Assembly (NCBI GenBank): GCA_951406725.2
Contig: OX597822.1
Coordinates: 59,086,001-59,150,000, forward strand
From: Octopus vulgaris
Lineage: Eukaryota
DNA length: 64,000 nucleotides
Reading direction: 5' to 3'
Below the pieces are notes generated by a model, which saw only the letters and a list, made by a program, of their open reading frames with translations, did no database searches and had not been told where the DNA came from. A program made the position numbers and the translations under genes. Of the stretch, positions 1-14,955 are shown one piece after another (position 1 is the first letter of the stretch; every line of letters begins with the position of its first letter).

Positions 1-298
1 TCATCTCACTTATATTACTTTCATCACATTTTATAGTTCCATTTCATATTTTATCTTATATTGCTTTACTTTCTTTTTCATTGTTTTTTTTTTACTTATT
101 TTGTCTGCGAATGTGAGTGTATACGTGTGTGTGTGTTGTGTGTGTATATATATATATATATGTACTATATATACACATGCATACACACTCATATATGTTT
201 AAGTGAGTTCCTGCATATATATGTTTGCATATATGTCTGTGTATGTATATAAATATTTATCTCGCTCTCGCTTTCTCTCTCTCTCGCTTTCTCCCCCC

Positions 299-342
<44 letters not shown>

Positions 343-545
343 TTATCTATCTATAGATATATATATATATATACATATGCAAACATACATTCATTCATTC
401 ATACATACAGACATACATACATATATACATACATATACACATACACACACACATACTTGCAAACATATTTAAACACACATACAGACACACGCGTGCGCGC
501 GCACACACATGCACACACACACATACACACCCACACATACACACA

Positions 546-588
<43 letters not shown>

Positions 589-757
589 ACGCACAGTTTT
601 TTGTGTTTGTGATTGCTTTTATGAAGTGTTGGGGAGGGATCTCATTGTCTTCGCCCTTCAAACCGTAGTCGTTCGACGAATTAGACAGGAGTGGGAAAAG
701 TGAGACACGCTATTGTTATGTAGATCGATAGTGATCACCCAAAGCTCACTGAGTATC

Positions 758-832
<75 letters not shown>

Positions 833-1099
833 TCTAACACACTCGGTTGCATCCTTGTCCTCTCACTCACCCCTCACTAGAATACCACCAGGTCTGCTAC
901 GATCCTTATCACCACACCCGCACCGCCACCATCATCCTCATCATCATCAACTTTATCCCCACACTCACATTCAATTTAATACCGTGACTAGTACGTTTTC
1001 CACCAGTGCCACGACCGTTACAATACAATTACCATTATCTCTTTATCTCTATCGATCCATCAGCATTAGTATCGCCGTGCCCCCCCCCCCCCCCCGCCG

Positions 1100-1320
1100 C
1101 TACCGTCGCCATCACCGCCGCCTCCACGACGACGACCATCACCACTACCACCACCAGTCTCACAACCACCACCACCAGCCTCACTACCACCAGCCTCACC
1201 ACCACCACCACCACCACCACCACCACTACCACCACCACTACCACCACCAGCCTCACCACCACCAGCCTCACCACCACCACCAACACCACCACCACCACCA
1301 CCACCACCACCACCACCACC
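1100..1320. repeat. (CAC)n-rich trinucleotide array
   Basis: Seen directly in the sequence. Confidence 0.9.
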
Positions 1321-1930
1321 GTAAGTGCCACTCCCTATAAACACTGGGCCTGAGTGTACGTTTCCATGCAAACACATGAAACGTCACTTTAATGAATATT
1401 TCGTTGGTTTAACACCTCCACAACTGTAGAGTGTGTTTCTGGATTAGAAAAAAAAATGTATGGACTAGATGTGAATGTTTTCGTTTTAATGAGGTTATAT
1501 ATCAGTAATGTCTATGTAGAGTTTTGGCGATCTGAAATGTAGAGTTGTAAGTGCTGATTGATCCTAACCTTTTAAGCAACACCCAACAAAGAACTTCACA
1601 GAGTGTTTCAGAACAAACAAGTGAAGCAGTATAAAGGAAGTTTAATAATAAACTGTGGAGATCATTCACACTCTTTGAGAAGCTTACGCTAGCTGCTTAG
1701 AAATTCTCTTGTTTTCAAATTCAAAATCCATATTACATTGCAGCTTAACAATCAGCATGCCACTGCTTTCTCTCGTCATCTTGGGAGAAGTGAAGTAATG
1801 TTGTTCAGATGAGCTAAATAGAAAGAGCAACCGGCCGGTTTGAGCTTCGTACCAAGCTGCTGAAATGTCCTCAAAAAACAAATATCATAGCGGAACAAAA
1901 TACAATAGATTGCACACATACACACACAAA

Positions 1931-1968
<38 letters not shown>

Positions 1969-2336
1969 ACACAACACATACATACACACACGCACGCACT
2001 CTCTCCCTCTCTCTCTGTCACACACACACACAATACACAACACACATGCACACTTTCTCCCTGTCTCTCCATCCCTCTCCCTCTGTCACACACAGAGCAG
2101 AAAACACACATACACACACACACATTCTCTCTCTATCTCCCTCTCTCTGTCACACACACACACACACACACACATTCATAGCTCACGCTGTATTAGTCCT
2201 CTAATAATTATAATCTATTCGGCAATAAAATTTGTTATTCACATTGCCGGTGATTGGAATTGTTAATCTTAACTACAGTAATTTTAAACACGGCCATCAC
2301 CCTCACCAGCATCTCATACACCCTCTTGTGCATGAC

Positions 2337-3090
<754 letters not shown>

Positions 3091-3767
3091 GTTGGTTTGT
3101 TATTTACTGAATGAAAGCTCCTCACATTGGAACAAGATTGCAGTAGCTTCTACTTGGTTACTTGATATGCTAGAAATATCATCAAATCTCCCCCACAAAT
3201 CCTACACTTTACCGTGTTAAATATATTTTACATTGTCCCACATAATTCTCCATCAGAGTTGAGTTTCACTCTTACGTATCTGCCGGCTATCATTTTTACA
3301 GACTAAAAATTTATTGATGGTTGACCTGTTCGACCTCAGTAACGTATGTATTTAGCTTTTATCTCTCTCTCTTTCTCTCCCTGGTGACAACAAAGTCGAT
3401 CCAGGTCGAATTTGAACGCACTATATGGATGGAAGTAATTAAATGCTGGATAGAGATGTTTAGGGTCCAGAGAACCATGACTGGAACTTATAGACCCTAT
3501 TTAGTGGGAATATAGAAAGCTAGTATCCGATGGTGATAAACATTTGGAACCAAACTAAATTACTGATGGTTATTCAGTTTGTTGTTCTGGGAAAAATAAG
3601 TCAGTGGATCACTTCTTTTTTAGCTAACAACATGCGGGCGTTAGGACTGCTTGAACCGCGTAGCAGCAGTAGTTGCGACAGTAGCAACAGCAACAATAAC
3701 AGCAACAAAAACAACAACAACTTCAGCGGCAACAACAAAAGCAGCAACAACATTATAATACTGTATT

Positions 3768-4000
3768 AAGGCGGCGAGCTGGCAGAAACGTTAGCGCGCC
3801 GGGCGAAATGCGTAACCGTATTTCATCTGTCGTTACGTTCCGAGTTCAAATTCCGCCGAGGTCGACTTTGCCTTTCATCCTCTCGGGGTCGATAAATAAA
3901 GTACCAGTTTCGCACTGGGGTCGATGTAATCGACTTAATCCGTTTGTCTGTCCTTGTTTGTCCCCTCTGTGTTTAGCTCCTTGTGGGTAGTAAAGAAATA
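3768..4000 (+). mobile_element. tRNA-derived SINE, family M (Meta-domain-like)
   Basis: GGCGAGCTGGCAGAA A-box, GAGTTCAAATTCC B-box, GCCTTTCATCCT.TCGGGGTCGATAAAT.AAGTACCAG core. Confidence 0.8.
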
Positions 4001-4111
4001 TATAATACTGTATCAAACCATACTAATCTGTACCGAATTACATGCCTCGTAGTTTAGCGTAATTACCCACGGGTTAAAACAAGACTGACCTGGGGTAACA
4101 ACAACAACAGT

Positions 4112-4142
<31 letters not shown>

Positions 4143-4453
4143 CTTCAACAAGCAACCGCAAACAAAAGCAAACAATGACACCACTAATTTTGTAAATGGT
4201 GTCTGGTTGAGACGAATTCCTTACTGAAACCTCGTGTGCTTGTTTCGTAACTCAAGCAAGTTGTTCCTGCTGTTTGTCCCCAAGTAATTCAAGGACTAAG
4301 CAGAGTTATGATTGCAGACAATCCAACCATAACCACCTCGTCCGCCTATCATCCATTGTGCACCTAGGACAACATTATCCAGTGTGTCTCATCCTTTTGA
4401 AACCAGTTGCATGTAATCTGAGAAAAAGAGAAAGAGATGGAGAGAAAGAGGAG

Positions 4454-4529
<76 letters not shown>

Positions 4530-5737
4530 TTGACTGCTGTTCCTAACAAGTTGAATGACCACAAAAAAATTCCATAGATGAAAGTTCATGTAAACCAGTC
4601 TTGAAATTACAAATGGTTCAAGAATTTGACCTATTTTCGAGTCATTTCAGGACAATTAATTAACCAGTTAATTTAAATGAATAAATAAATAATTAATAAA
4701 GAACAATTTTATCGATTGCTTTTTTTTCCCAACTTTTACTCTTCGCTCCCCGGTTTAGTATTTAAATCGATTGTTTGTGGGAGTCACCCTACATTTGGTA
4801 ATATGTTTCTTGCAGGGGACAAAAATATTTTTAAAAAGGGGTTGACAAATCGCTATGTGTTTTCAAAACTAAGATAGTTTTAAACATTTTAAACTTATCC
4901 ACCGCCATTATGGTGAAGAAAGTAGGATTAAATGGACACAAATCCGGGTGAAACTGACTTTGTTCAAATTCTTTATGATCTGAGTTCAAATCCTGTCGAG
5001 ATTAACTTTATCTTTAATCCCTCCGTGGTCGATAATATAAAGTACCAGTCAAGTTTTGAAGCCTTGTGTGTGTGTGTGTGTGTGTTTGTCCCCCACCATC
5101 GCTTGGCAACCGTTGTTGGTGTGTTTATGTCCCTGTAACTTAGCGTCCGGCAAAAGAGATCCGATAGAATAAGTACTAGGTTTAAAAAAAATCCTGGTGT
5201 CGATTTGTTCAACAAAAACGCTTCCAGGTCCCAGCGTGACCGCAGTCAAATGACTAAAAGAAGGAAACAATAATAAAAATAAAAGATGTACGAGGTAATG
5301 GATGCGTTAGCTGCGCTACAAAATTATTTTATAAATTGCAGCTCTTGATAGTATCCACGTTAAACTCACTCTTTTACATGACCCGTCAGAGTTGAAGCAC
5401 TTATAGCAGGGCTACTAGGTAGTATGAAGAGCATACAAAGAATGGGAGAAATACATGTATCTGTTACATATATCTGTTACACACCTCTCTACGATCGACA
5501 ATCCAGGATTGATGATGAACAGTGATAGTTGGCAATACAATTTACAAAGCACATTCGAGCATCCCAGTCGCATATCTCCAATCTTTCAGAGGATGCAGCC
5601 GATTTGCCAGAATATGGCTTTGTAAATTATAATATGCTATTTATTATCGTTCATTGATTTGACTTATCGATCACAGAACGTGCGTAACATATATGAACGA
5701 AACATCAGTTTCACGTTTCAAGTTCTTCTCTCATGCT

Positions 5738-5817
<80 letters not shown>

Positions 5818-5818
5818 C

Positions 5819-6441
5819 TAAATAAAATGAGACAACAAAGCTAAGGCTGTATAGAATTTTCAGGACATTTCTCTTTATAAATGTCCTGAAAATTCGACAC
5901 AGCTTTGCCTTTGTTGTCTCATTTTATTTAACATATACATGCTCATCATACAAAACCCACATTAGACTCCTCACTCGTATCATTATCAAACCGAGAGTTT
6001 AACTACAGTCCTTCCATAGCACATTGCGTTACCTTCCACCTTGGGTCTTCTGGATACCAATACCTCTCAGAGAATTACTATTGCTTATTTCCACTTTTTC
6101 GAGATCAGTGACTTTCCGTCACTGGAAAAAGTATATATATATTTGCATTGAAAACCACTTCCCATCGCCAACTGGTGGTTGCCACACGCTGATGACGGGT
6201 CAATACCCAGAAACTCGGGTCCGTATGTATCACGTCAGGCTGGAGATGGTAAAGATGACTTCCCTTTGCAAATATCGATAGTGCACAGAAAGTGTGTCAA
6301 TAGCCAGCTGGAGGAGATGTCTTCCTGGGGCTACAAGCTACAGTAGCATCAAGCCTTAAGAGTTAGCCACGTTTAAGTGACGAATATACTTCACGATGTC
6401 GTGTAGTTACTGTTTATACCTCGCTCAGAGATTCATTATTG

Positions 6442-6443
<2 letters not shown>
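5819..6443 (+). mobile_element. Hammerhead-bearing PLE/retrozyme-type insertion in a (TA)n tract with a 5' inverted repeat
   Basis: Inverted repeat 5819-5870/5879-5930. End motif ATACC..TCAGAGA.T.A.TATTGCT occurs at about 6060 and 6416. Hammerhead at 6183, TA flanks. Confidence 0.6.
6183..6227 (+). ncRNA. Type I hammerhead ribozyme (canonical core, slightly decayed stems)
   Basis: CACACG-CTGATGA-CGGGT-CAAT-ACCCA-GAAA-CTCGGG-TC-CGTATG, with one mismatch in each of stems I and II. Confidence 0.75.
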
Positions 6444-6510
<67 letters not shown>

Positions 6511-6546
6511 CATATTTATACATACATACATACATACATACATACA

Positions 6547-6594
<48 letters not shown>

Positions 6595-6598
<4 letters not shown>

Positions 6599-6895
6599 AT
6601 CGCGAGGTTGTGAGTTCGAATACCGGACCGAGTTGCGTGTTGTATTCTTGAGCAAGACTCTTTATTTCACGTTGCTCCAGTTCACTCAGCTGTAGAAATG
6701 AGTTGCGACGTCACAGGTGTCAAGCTGTATCGGACTTTGCATTTCCCTTGGATAACACTGGTGGCGTGGAGAGGGGAGGCTGGTTTGCATGGGCGACTGC
6801 TGGTCTTCTATAAATAACCTTGCCCGGACTTATGCCTGGGAGGCTAACTTCCTAGGTGCATTCCCATTGTCAGTCATGACCGAAGGGGGTCTCAG
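6595..6895 (+). mobile_element. Family-R1 SINE, 5'-truncated
   Basis: B-box and body match the 37238 copy. Confidence 0.8.
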
Positions 6896-7257
6896 CATAT
6901 ATATCTTTCTGACGATGTGTTCCAACACAAAAAGTATTGGTGGAAAAATACTAATCCAAAATATATGTTGAACGTAAGCATAGCAAGTCCGGAGGATCAT
7001 TTTGAGATAGAAAGCATAACTGATCATTGTGAGCATGCTGGCTTGCTTCAGTATGTTCAGTTAAACCTTGAGGTGTGCGACCAGTTGCTGTGGTAAGAAA
7101 AAAAAAATCTCCACAAATGGTTTCAATACAGTTTTAACAGAAACATTTGGAAGAATTAGATGAATGCTTTTGGAGTTATTTTGTTTCATGTAAATAATTT
7201 AAATTAATTTAAAATTTTGTCCGCAAAATCTTATAAAATGATAATTTATCTCTTTTC

Positions 7258-7641
7258 TCTTTTACTTGTTTCAGTCATTTGACTGCGGCCATGCTGGAGC
7301 ACCACCTTTAGTCGAGGAAATCGACCCCGGGACTTATTCTTTGTACGCCCAGTACTTATTCTATCGGTCTCTTTTGCCGAACCGCTAAGTGACGGGGACG
7401 TAAACACACCAGCATCGGTGGTCAAGCAATGCTAGGGGGACAAACACGAACACACACACACACATACATATATATATATACATATATACGACAGGCTTCT
7501 TTCAGTTTCCGTCTACCAAATCCACTCACAAGGCATTGGTCGGCCCGGGGCTATAGCAGAAGACACTTGCCCAAGATGCCACGCAGTGGGACTGAACCCA
7601 GAACCATGTGGTTGGTTAGCAAGCTACTTACCACACAGCCA
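7258..7641 (-). mobile_element. tRNA-derived CORE-like SINE, family K, with internal microsatellite
   Basis: Minus strand GTGGCTGTGTGGTAAG...GGGTTCAGTCCC...CTTGGGCAAGTGTCTTC, then a (TA/TG)n slot and conserved 3' arm. Confidence 0.85.
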
Positions 7642-7704
7642 CAATATATATGTTATATTTATATATATGTTATATTTTATATGTTATATGTTATATTTAT
7701 TTAT

Positions 7705-7913
7705 TCATTTATTTGTTTGTCATTTGAATGCGGCCATACTGGAGCACCGCCTTTTGTCGAACAACTCGACTCCAGGACTTATTCTTTATAAGCCTAGTAG
7801 TACTTATTCTAACGGTCTCTTTTGCTGAACTGCTACGTTACCGGGACGTAAACACATCAACATCGGTTGTCAAGAGATGGTGAGGAGACAAACACATTGA
7901 CACACGCACACAG

Positions 7914-7960
<47 letters not shown>

Positions 7961-8115
7961 TATAATGACGGGCTTCTTTCAGTTTCCGACTACCAAATCC
8001 ACTCAAGGCTTTGGTCGACCTGAGGCTATAGTAAAATATACTTACCACGTAGTGGGACTGAACCTGGGACCATGTGATTGGGAAGCAAGCTTCTTACTAC
8101 ACAGCCACGCTGCGC
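7705..8115 (-). mobile_element. Family-K SINE
   Basis: Both arms plus (CA)n. Confidence 0.8.
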
Positions 8116-8755
8116 CTATATATGAAAAAAAAAAAATTATTGTATTAGAGACCAGCCGGCCCACGGATGTGAATATCTTAATTAAAATCCAGCGACAAAA
8201 AGAACTTTTAAACCTATGCCTGTCCAAAACATTTTCTTAAGTTTTCAAGGTTTTTACTCGGCGTTTGTTTCATTCAGTCTGATAAAAGTCTACAGCTTTA
8301 CGAAGATAGCAAAGTTACTCTTAGTTATTTAGTGCTGAAATAGAAGTTTGGAAAAAACTGCAGTTCGGTTTGCGGACAAAGATATACAAGAAAGAAACAA
8401 TGTAAACTGGCAAAGTTTTTTTAAAGATTCATTGAATAATTTTTACGGACGTTATTATCTAAATTTCAATAAAGAATATGCTTCAACACACGAACTCATA
8501 TAAAGAATATTGCAAACCAAATCCAAAAACGAAACCCAATAAAGAAGTTTGAGATTTATACGTAGATAGATTTACGAGCATATGGTTACATTCATTTCTG
8601 TACGAGAATAATTTAAATTACTTTAATATGTCAGAAAATATCAGTGATACATACGCTGAAATAGCCCTGTTACATGATAAGCTATACATACATACATATA
8701 TACATACATACAAACATACATACACACGAGCGCGCGCATGCACATATACACGCAC

Positions 8756-8796
<41 letters not shown>

Positions 8797-9115
8797 TAAC
8801 GAATATATATGTATGTATGCTTGTGTCTAGATGTAGATGTATTTATTTATAAATATTTTAACAGTCAAAGAAATTTGATAAATCACCTCTTGCTTAATAT
8901 ATTCTCAGAGAAAAATTTAAGTCGGACAACTGTTATCAGATATGGAAGATCCGAAAAGAATTAGGTTTTATACACACACATAGAAATACACACACACACT
9001 CTCTTTCTCACACACACGCACACACACGTAACACGTTTATGTAAATATATGCATGAATGTATGTAGATGTGTGTATTTGTGTGTGTGTATGTGTGTATAC
9101 ATATATGTACGTATA

Positions 9116-9179
<64 letters not shown>

Positions 9180-9537
9180 TATAATTTCGTATATGTACAA
9201 ATACATACGTACGTACATACATACATATACACACACACACATATATATATATATATACATAATACATAAATATATAGCTATGCGTGTGTGGATACATGAT
9301 ATATATGTGTGTGTGTGTGTGTTTGTGCACATGTATATATATATCTATGTGTGTGTGTGTGTGTATGTGTGTATGTGGCCATACTGCATACATATAATAT
9401 TGAAATATTACTCAGGAGTTGGTGAGTTGAGCGGGATGTGAACTTTAGAATGATGTTGACATTTCAATGTTTATGGTTCTTGTCAAATGAGATCTGATTC
9501 TGATTACGTAAAACATGCTTGCATACACACATACATA

Positions 9538-9601
<64 letters not shown>

Positions 9602-9864
9602 AAACACATACAGTTTTACATAGACCCTTGCTGACAAACACACATAACATACTTTGCACAGGCATATGTCCAAAAGAAACCGAGATTTTAAAACCAGTGC
9701 ACCAACAAACTGGCGCAGCATAAACATGGATGCAGTGCTGTGTAGGCTGGTGGTGATATTCTGTCTAATAATGACTGCATCCCGCTATATCAGCCGGTCA
9801 TGCTTGGTTGAACGTTGTGTATTTGTCAAATTGTTGCAAGTTCAACTGTGATGGCTTTAGGAAG

Positions 9865-10560
9865 GCAACATGTATGTGTGAAATTTTGTTCCAAATTGCG
9901 AAAATGCTTTAGTAGAGATTTTTTATAATGTTGCAATAAGCGTGTCAGAAATATTGTTTGTTCTGTATGCAATGTCACAAATAATATCACAACGATTCAC
10001 ATCTGGAAGAATACCCACGAAAGGCGATTTCAAATCTGAACTATCTTCGACGACAGCAGTGGATGATCCCATTAGGAAAATGTGCACTGTGATCCGTGAT
10101 TGGGATCCGTGAAAGTCGTTGCTTGAAAGTCGTTTCCAGGAAGATTCCGAAGAAGTAAGCTTCTTCAAAAAATTATATCACATAATTTTAAAGGAAAATG
10201 AAGATGCATTATGTTGCTGCAAAATTTCGGTCGCTGAACAAAAAGATGAATAAAAAGAGAACCGAGTCACTTGTCAGACAAGGGCCATCTGTTCATTTGA
10301 ATACTGATGAAAATGTTTTGAAAAGTGGAAGGATATGTGTGTATGGCCCTGATGTTGAAAGAGGCAGACATCACTGTAGGTTAGATAAGCGCATTCCCCT
10401 TTCCCAGAACTGGTGTGGTAGAGTCGCGCAATGTGAAGGGAATATTGATCGTCTTTCTGAACTAGAAGGGCGTTGTTCATCATGAGTTTGTTCCACGTGA
10501 TCGGACAATAAATAAAAGCTTTTACTTAGATAATCAGGGGCGTTTTTGGAAGGCGTATTG
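9865..10560 (+). mobile_element. Degenerate mariner transposase relic
   Basis: CVKFCSKL, LKMHYVAAKF, TDE...CVYGPDVE (WVYGYD.E-like), GVVHHEFVP...TINKSFYL. Confidence 0.75.
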
Positions 10561-11083
10561 TGGCGTGGTCAAACAAAACATATGTAGAATGTTGGTAAAT
10601 CATAAGTAAAATTGCCAGAGAATCTGGTACCTTTCGAACTGCCATAAAGTCTCAGACATGTAAGATATAATGCGTCCTAAGCCGATCAACTAATCTCTGC
10701 TGCTCACTTAAATTGTAGTTTGGAACACATATTCTCTGTCTGCAATAATTCTCAAGCTCATTATGGCGTTACAATATAGAGTAAAATGTCATTTGTGATT
10801 GGTTGATGAACAACTGGGAAAGCGATATTCTAGTCTGAGAAGTTTCGAACTCACGAGCTTCTGCGTTTTGATATTCTATCGTATTTCACAAAGACTTTGA
10901 ATATCAACTCGTATGCAATCAATATTTCGAAAGCACATGATATTTCGTCGGTTAAGCTGGCTCCTTGGGAACATGAAGTTGATCTTAATAGTTTAATCAA
11001 GTAGGAGGATCTGTAGGTCCTATTACCTTTGAAGTCCCTGACGGACATGAGGCAACCGAATGAAATTTTAAACATGAAGATGA

Positions 11084-11532
11084 TTCGTGTTAGATTGACA
11101 GTATACAACCATTCTATTGCCCCACCACCGTACATGTCTCTATGAGAGATTTAGAAATTTAGTATTTCTGATTTTGATAATCAGTGAATAGACTTCACTG
11201 AAATTTAGATATATACATTGCGAGTTGAGACAAATATCATCAGCTGACCGGTGTATGCTACTCTAGGCCGACGAAGGACAATCATCCTGAAACACGTGTC
11301 CCTAGATGCAGCTCCGGGCGGCTGGGGGTGTTTGTCTCCCCTTCGTAAATGTATATAAGGACACAGGAAAAATGTGTCAAATCCATCGGGAGGCGTCGAT
11401 GCTTCCTAGGGCTAAACAGCGGTGGTGTACCCCCCTACTGTCACGTTCGCGTTAGATTGACAGTATACAGCCATTCTATTGCCCCACCACCGTACATGTC
11501 TCTACGAGAGATTTAGAAATTTAGTATTTCTG

Positions 11533-11533
<1 letters not shown>
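11084..11533 (+). mobile_element. Retrozyme-like unit (about 1.24 copies, 362-bp period) with hammerhead
   Basis: About 85-bp direct repeats at 11086-11170 and 11448-11532, an internal hammerhead, and a 3' end running into (TA)n. Confidence 0.8.
11262..11306 (+). ncRNA. Type I hammerhead ribozyme (CCGACGA core, U4C variant)
   Basis: TCTAGG-CCGACGA-AGGA-CAATCA-TCCT-GAAA-CACGTG-TC-CCTAGA: perfect stems I and II, palindromic stem III, GUC. Confidence 0.8.
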
Positions 11534-11590
<57 letters not shown>

Positions 11591-12110
11591 GTGTGCGTGT
11601 ACGTGTGAGTGTGTGTATATGTGTGTTTGTGTATGTGCACATGTCTGCATTTGAGTATGTGTTCATACTGAATTAACCAAGATGTGTGAGGAGACGTCTA
11701 CGTAGTCGCTCCACCTGCTAGAAACCGTAGCTATATTTCTCTCAAACCACACATTATGGTCTTAGATAAAGAAGGATACACTGGACATTGCAGCCGCGGC
11801 TGGAAAATCTTTCAGACATTGGTCAACATGGTCATACCTGAATTGAATCTATACAACAATATCATCATCATAATCATCGCCATAATCATAACAAATTGAC
11901 TATAAAGTCTTACTTTTTCTATTACATCACACATACCATGACGTCATTATCATATATTACGTCATACATTTTTTTACGTTGGTTGCCAAATATCATCTAT
12001 ATTTTACTTCAAAGTCAAATTCCAGTTACTTCCTTCACATAAAGTAAGATGCTATCTTATAAAACATAAATAGCTATAAATAATATTCTTTCGGAATTCT
12101 GTGTTAACAG

Positions 12111-12167
<57 letters not shown>

Positions 12168-13489
12168 TTTGGAATAAGTTTACCTGTTGTATGTTTTAGC
12201 TTCTTCCAAACAAAATAAGGTTTTCTTTAGACCTCATGAGATTTTCACTAGATGGCTTCCGCCTTAGTAAAAGCATTTAAATACGCAAAATTCAGATACT
12301 TATAAAACAGAACACAACACAAAGAAGAACATTAATACACGCAAAGTTCAAAATAATTCAAACGTAAACTGTATTTAAACGGTAATAGAAAGAGTGTCAG
12401 TTTTGCTTCGATCGCTATTCAAAAGTAACTCATTCGTTTAAGTTGAATCCCGGAAAAACAAAGCATTTGGGAGAAGTATATTACAATGGACAATGCTTCT
12501 TTTACGTCGGGAAATATCGAGAAGTTCGCATAGAAGAGAGTAACACACCTGTCCTGTGTACAACAGAGGAAGTTTCCATATGCCCACAAAAAGAACAGTT
12601 AAAATAAGCACTGGCCACTATTTAAAGAGATGTCATTTTCATCGACCGGAATGGAGGAATATGGAGGTGTGAAGACGAAAGGTCGAGGCGGTATGCTCAC
12701 ATGGTCGTACCACCTATATGTGAGATGGTAGAGCACAGAGATCACAGCTGTGGACATTGATTCGGACATTGGATCTTGATTTTTCGTCACCGTCGTTGTA
12801 CCGTATTAGTAGGTTGAGAGCCAAGGTTACCCAAAGACGACGTCTGTTCGGTTGACTCTTGTTGGATCCATTAGTCCGACATTCCTATGACTGATAAAAC
12901 ACTACGATATCGAAACACCGGGTGTCACAGAGTCCTCTTACGCTAATTAATTGAGTGTGTTATGAGCACACATTCGTCTTAAAGGAGTTGTTCTCCTATA
13001 GCATAACAGTTATTACACTGTGTAACGCGATTTTTGTCTTTGGGTAGCAACTGTAATTTCCTATTTGCTTACCTCTAGAAAGTATGGAAAGTGGCTAATA
13101 TTTCATTCAAACTTTGCTTTTGTTAGATTTACCTAAACCCCAAAGAATCCTTCTCAACACATAGCTATGATGCTCCTCCATTACTCTTGCTCATGATCAG
13201 AGATGCGCATATTGACATAACCAAGTGGCTAAGATCACGTAACTGACAAGTAAATATGTGGATGTTTTCTATAACGATATTTCTGCTTCAGCAACTTAGC
13301 GATGAATTTGTCTGGAATGTAATAGAAAATAGGTTAGTTTCAAAACATTGAGTCCACGTTGCAAAAACAAAATTTGAAGGGAATAGTAGTAATTTCCTTT
13401 GGTTTCTTGACAGAATCAAATAGGAAATAGCACTTACTGAACAAAAGCAAAACAAAACAAAACAAGACAAAAAGAATTGAAATTTTGTA

Positions 13490-13532
<43 letters not shown>

Positions 13533-13839
13533 ATATCATATGTTGAATCTGACACTTCGATTAAGATACCCTTCTTTCCCTGGAGGTCTTTAACAGTAAT
13601 GCCTATTAAATTCACAGTGACAACCCTGTGTGTGTCTGAAATGGCAGAGGCAACGACATACACATAAGCACCCGTCTCCATGAAAATACAGCAACAAGTC
13701 CAATGTTTAACATCATTTTACTTTGAAAATATTTAGAAGGAAATGAATAAGTGAATTCATTGACTTTATTTATTACGCACACAGGGAAAATGTAAAATGT
13801 CGGATTTAAAAGCCATTATTATTTTTATTGTTTTCTCTT

Positions 13840-13950
13840 TATCACAGGTTTTGTTGGAGCTCCTGGAGTCGTGAATGCGTAGCAGGCTTACTACCTACAA
13901 CCTACGGTACTATGCTATTCGTCCTTTCAGCTATGAAATACTTTTCTGAT
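13840..13950 (-). mobile_element. Short 3' end of the R4/Dong-like family
   Basis: CAGGTTTTGTTGGAGCTCCTGGAGTC...GCGTAGC...CCTACGGTAC matches 19693-19760. Confidence 0.6.
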
Positions 13951-13962
13951 TATTATTATATT

Positions 13963-14020
<58 letters not shown>

Positions 14021-14039
14021 CCATCACCACCACCATCAC

Positions 14040-14114
<75 letters not shown>

Positions 14115-14212
14115 TACTATTATTGTTGTTGTTATTATTATTATTGTTTTTATTATTATTGTTATTGCTATTGTTGTTATTATTATTGTTATTGTTGTTG
14201 TTGTTGTTGTTG

Positions 14213-14256
<44 letters not shown>

Positions 14257-14306
14257 GCTGTTGTTATTGTAGTCGTCATTTTGTTGTTTTTGCTCTTGTT
14301 ATTATC

Positions 14307-14358
<52 letters not shown>

Positions 14359-14420
14359 ATGGTGATGGTGATGGTGATGGTGGTGGTGGTGGTAGATGTC
14401 GTCGTCGTCATCTTCATCGT
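13950..14420. repeat. Compound trinucleotide microsatellite (ATC/ATT/GTT/GTA/GTG)
   Basis: Seen directly in the sequence. Confidence 0.95.
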
Positions 14421-14955
14421 CATCCTCGTGGTTGTTGTTAGTGATGGTAGTGGAAGTAGTGATTATTGTTGGTATTTCTGGTCGTGGTGATCGTGGTGCT
14501 TCAGTCATGTTCTTCTTGTGCTGATAAACCAAATGCCATCAATATACGCCACCCTTCATCCTCCTCTTCTTGTAGCTAAATAAAGAAGTACTATCATTAT
14601 TGACATTTTAAAATATGTGTGTGCATGTGTGTCTGTGCGTGTTTGTAAATATGTGCGTATGTGTATATTTGTGTGTGCGTATGTAAGTCTAAACATATAT
14701 ATATATTCAATATATACATATATTGATAAATGCACGCATACATACATATACATTTACATATGTACAAATATATATATGCGCAAATGTGTATATGAATATA
14801 TATTTGTATGTATGTATGTATGTATGTATGTATGTATGTATGTATGTATGTATGTATGTATGTATGTATGTATGTATATATATATATATATATATAAATA
14901 GTAATGCAATACAAGAGTATTGCTTTCCAGTAAATAATAGCCCGTGAGGGAAAAT

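Noticed and set aside
12885-12930. Hammerhead-like CTGATAA...GAAACACCGGGTG
   Set aside because: G8 is lost without compensation, stem II is unpaired and the cleavage position would be G. At best a dead relic.
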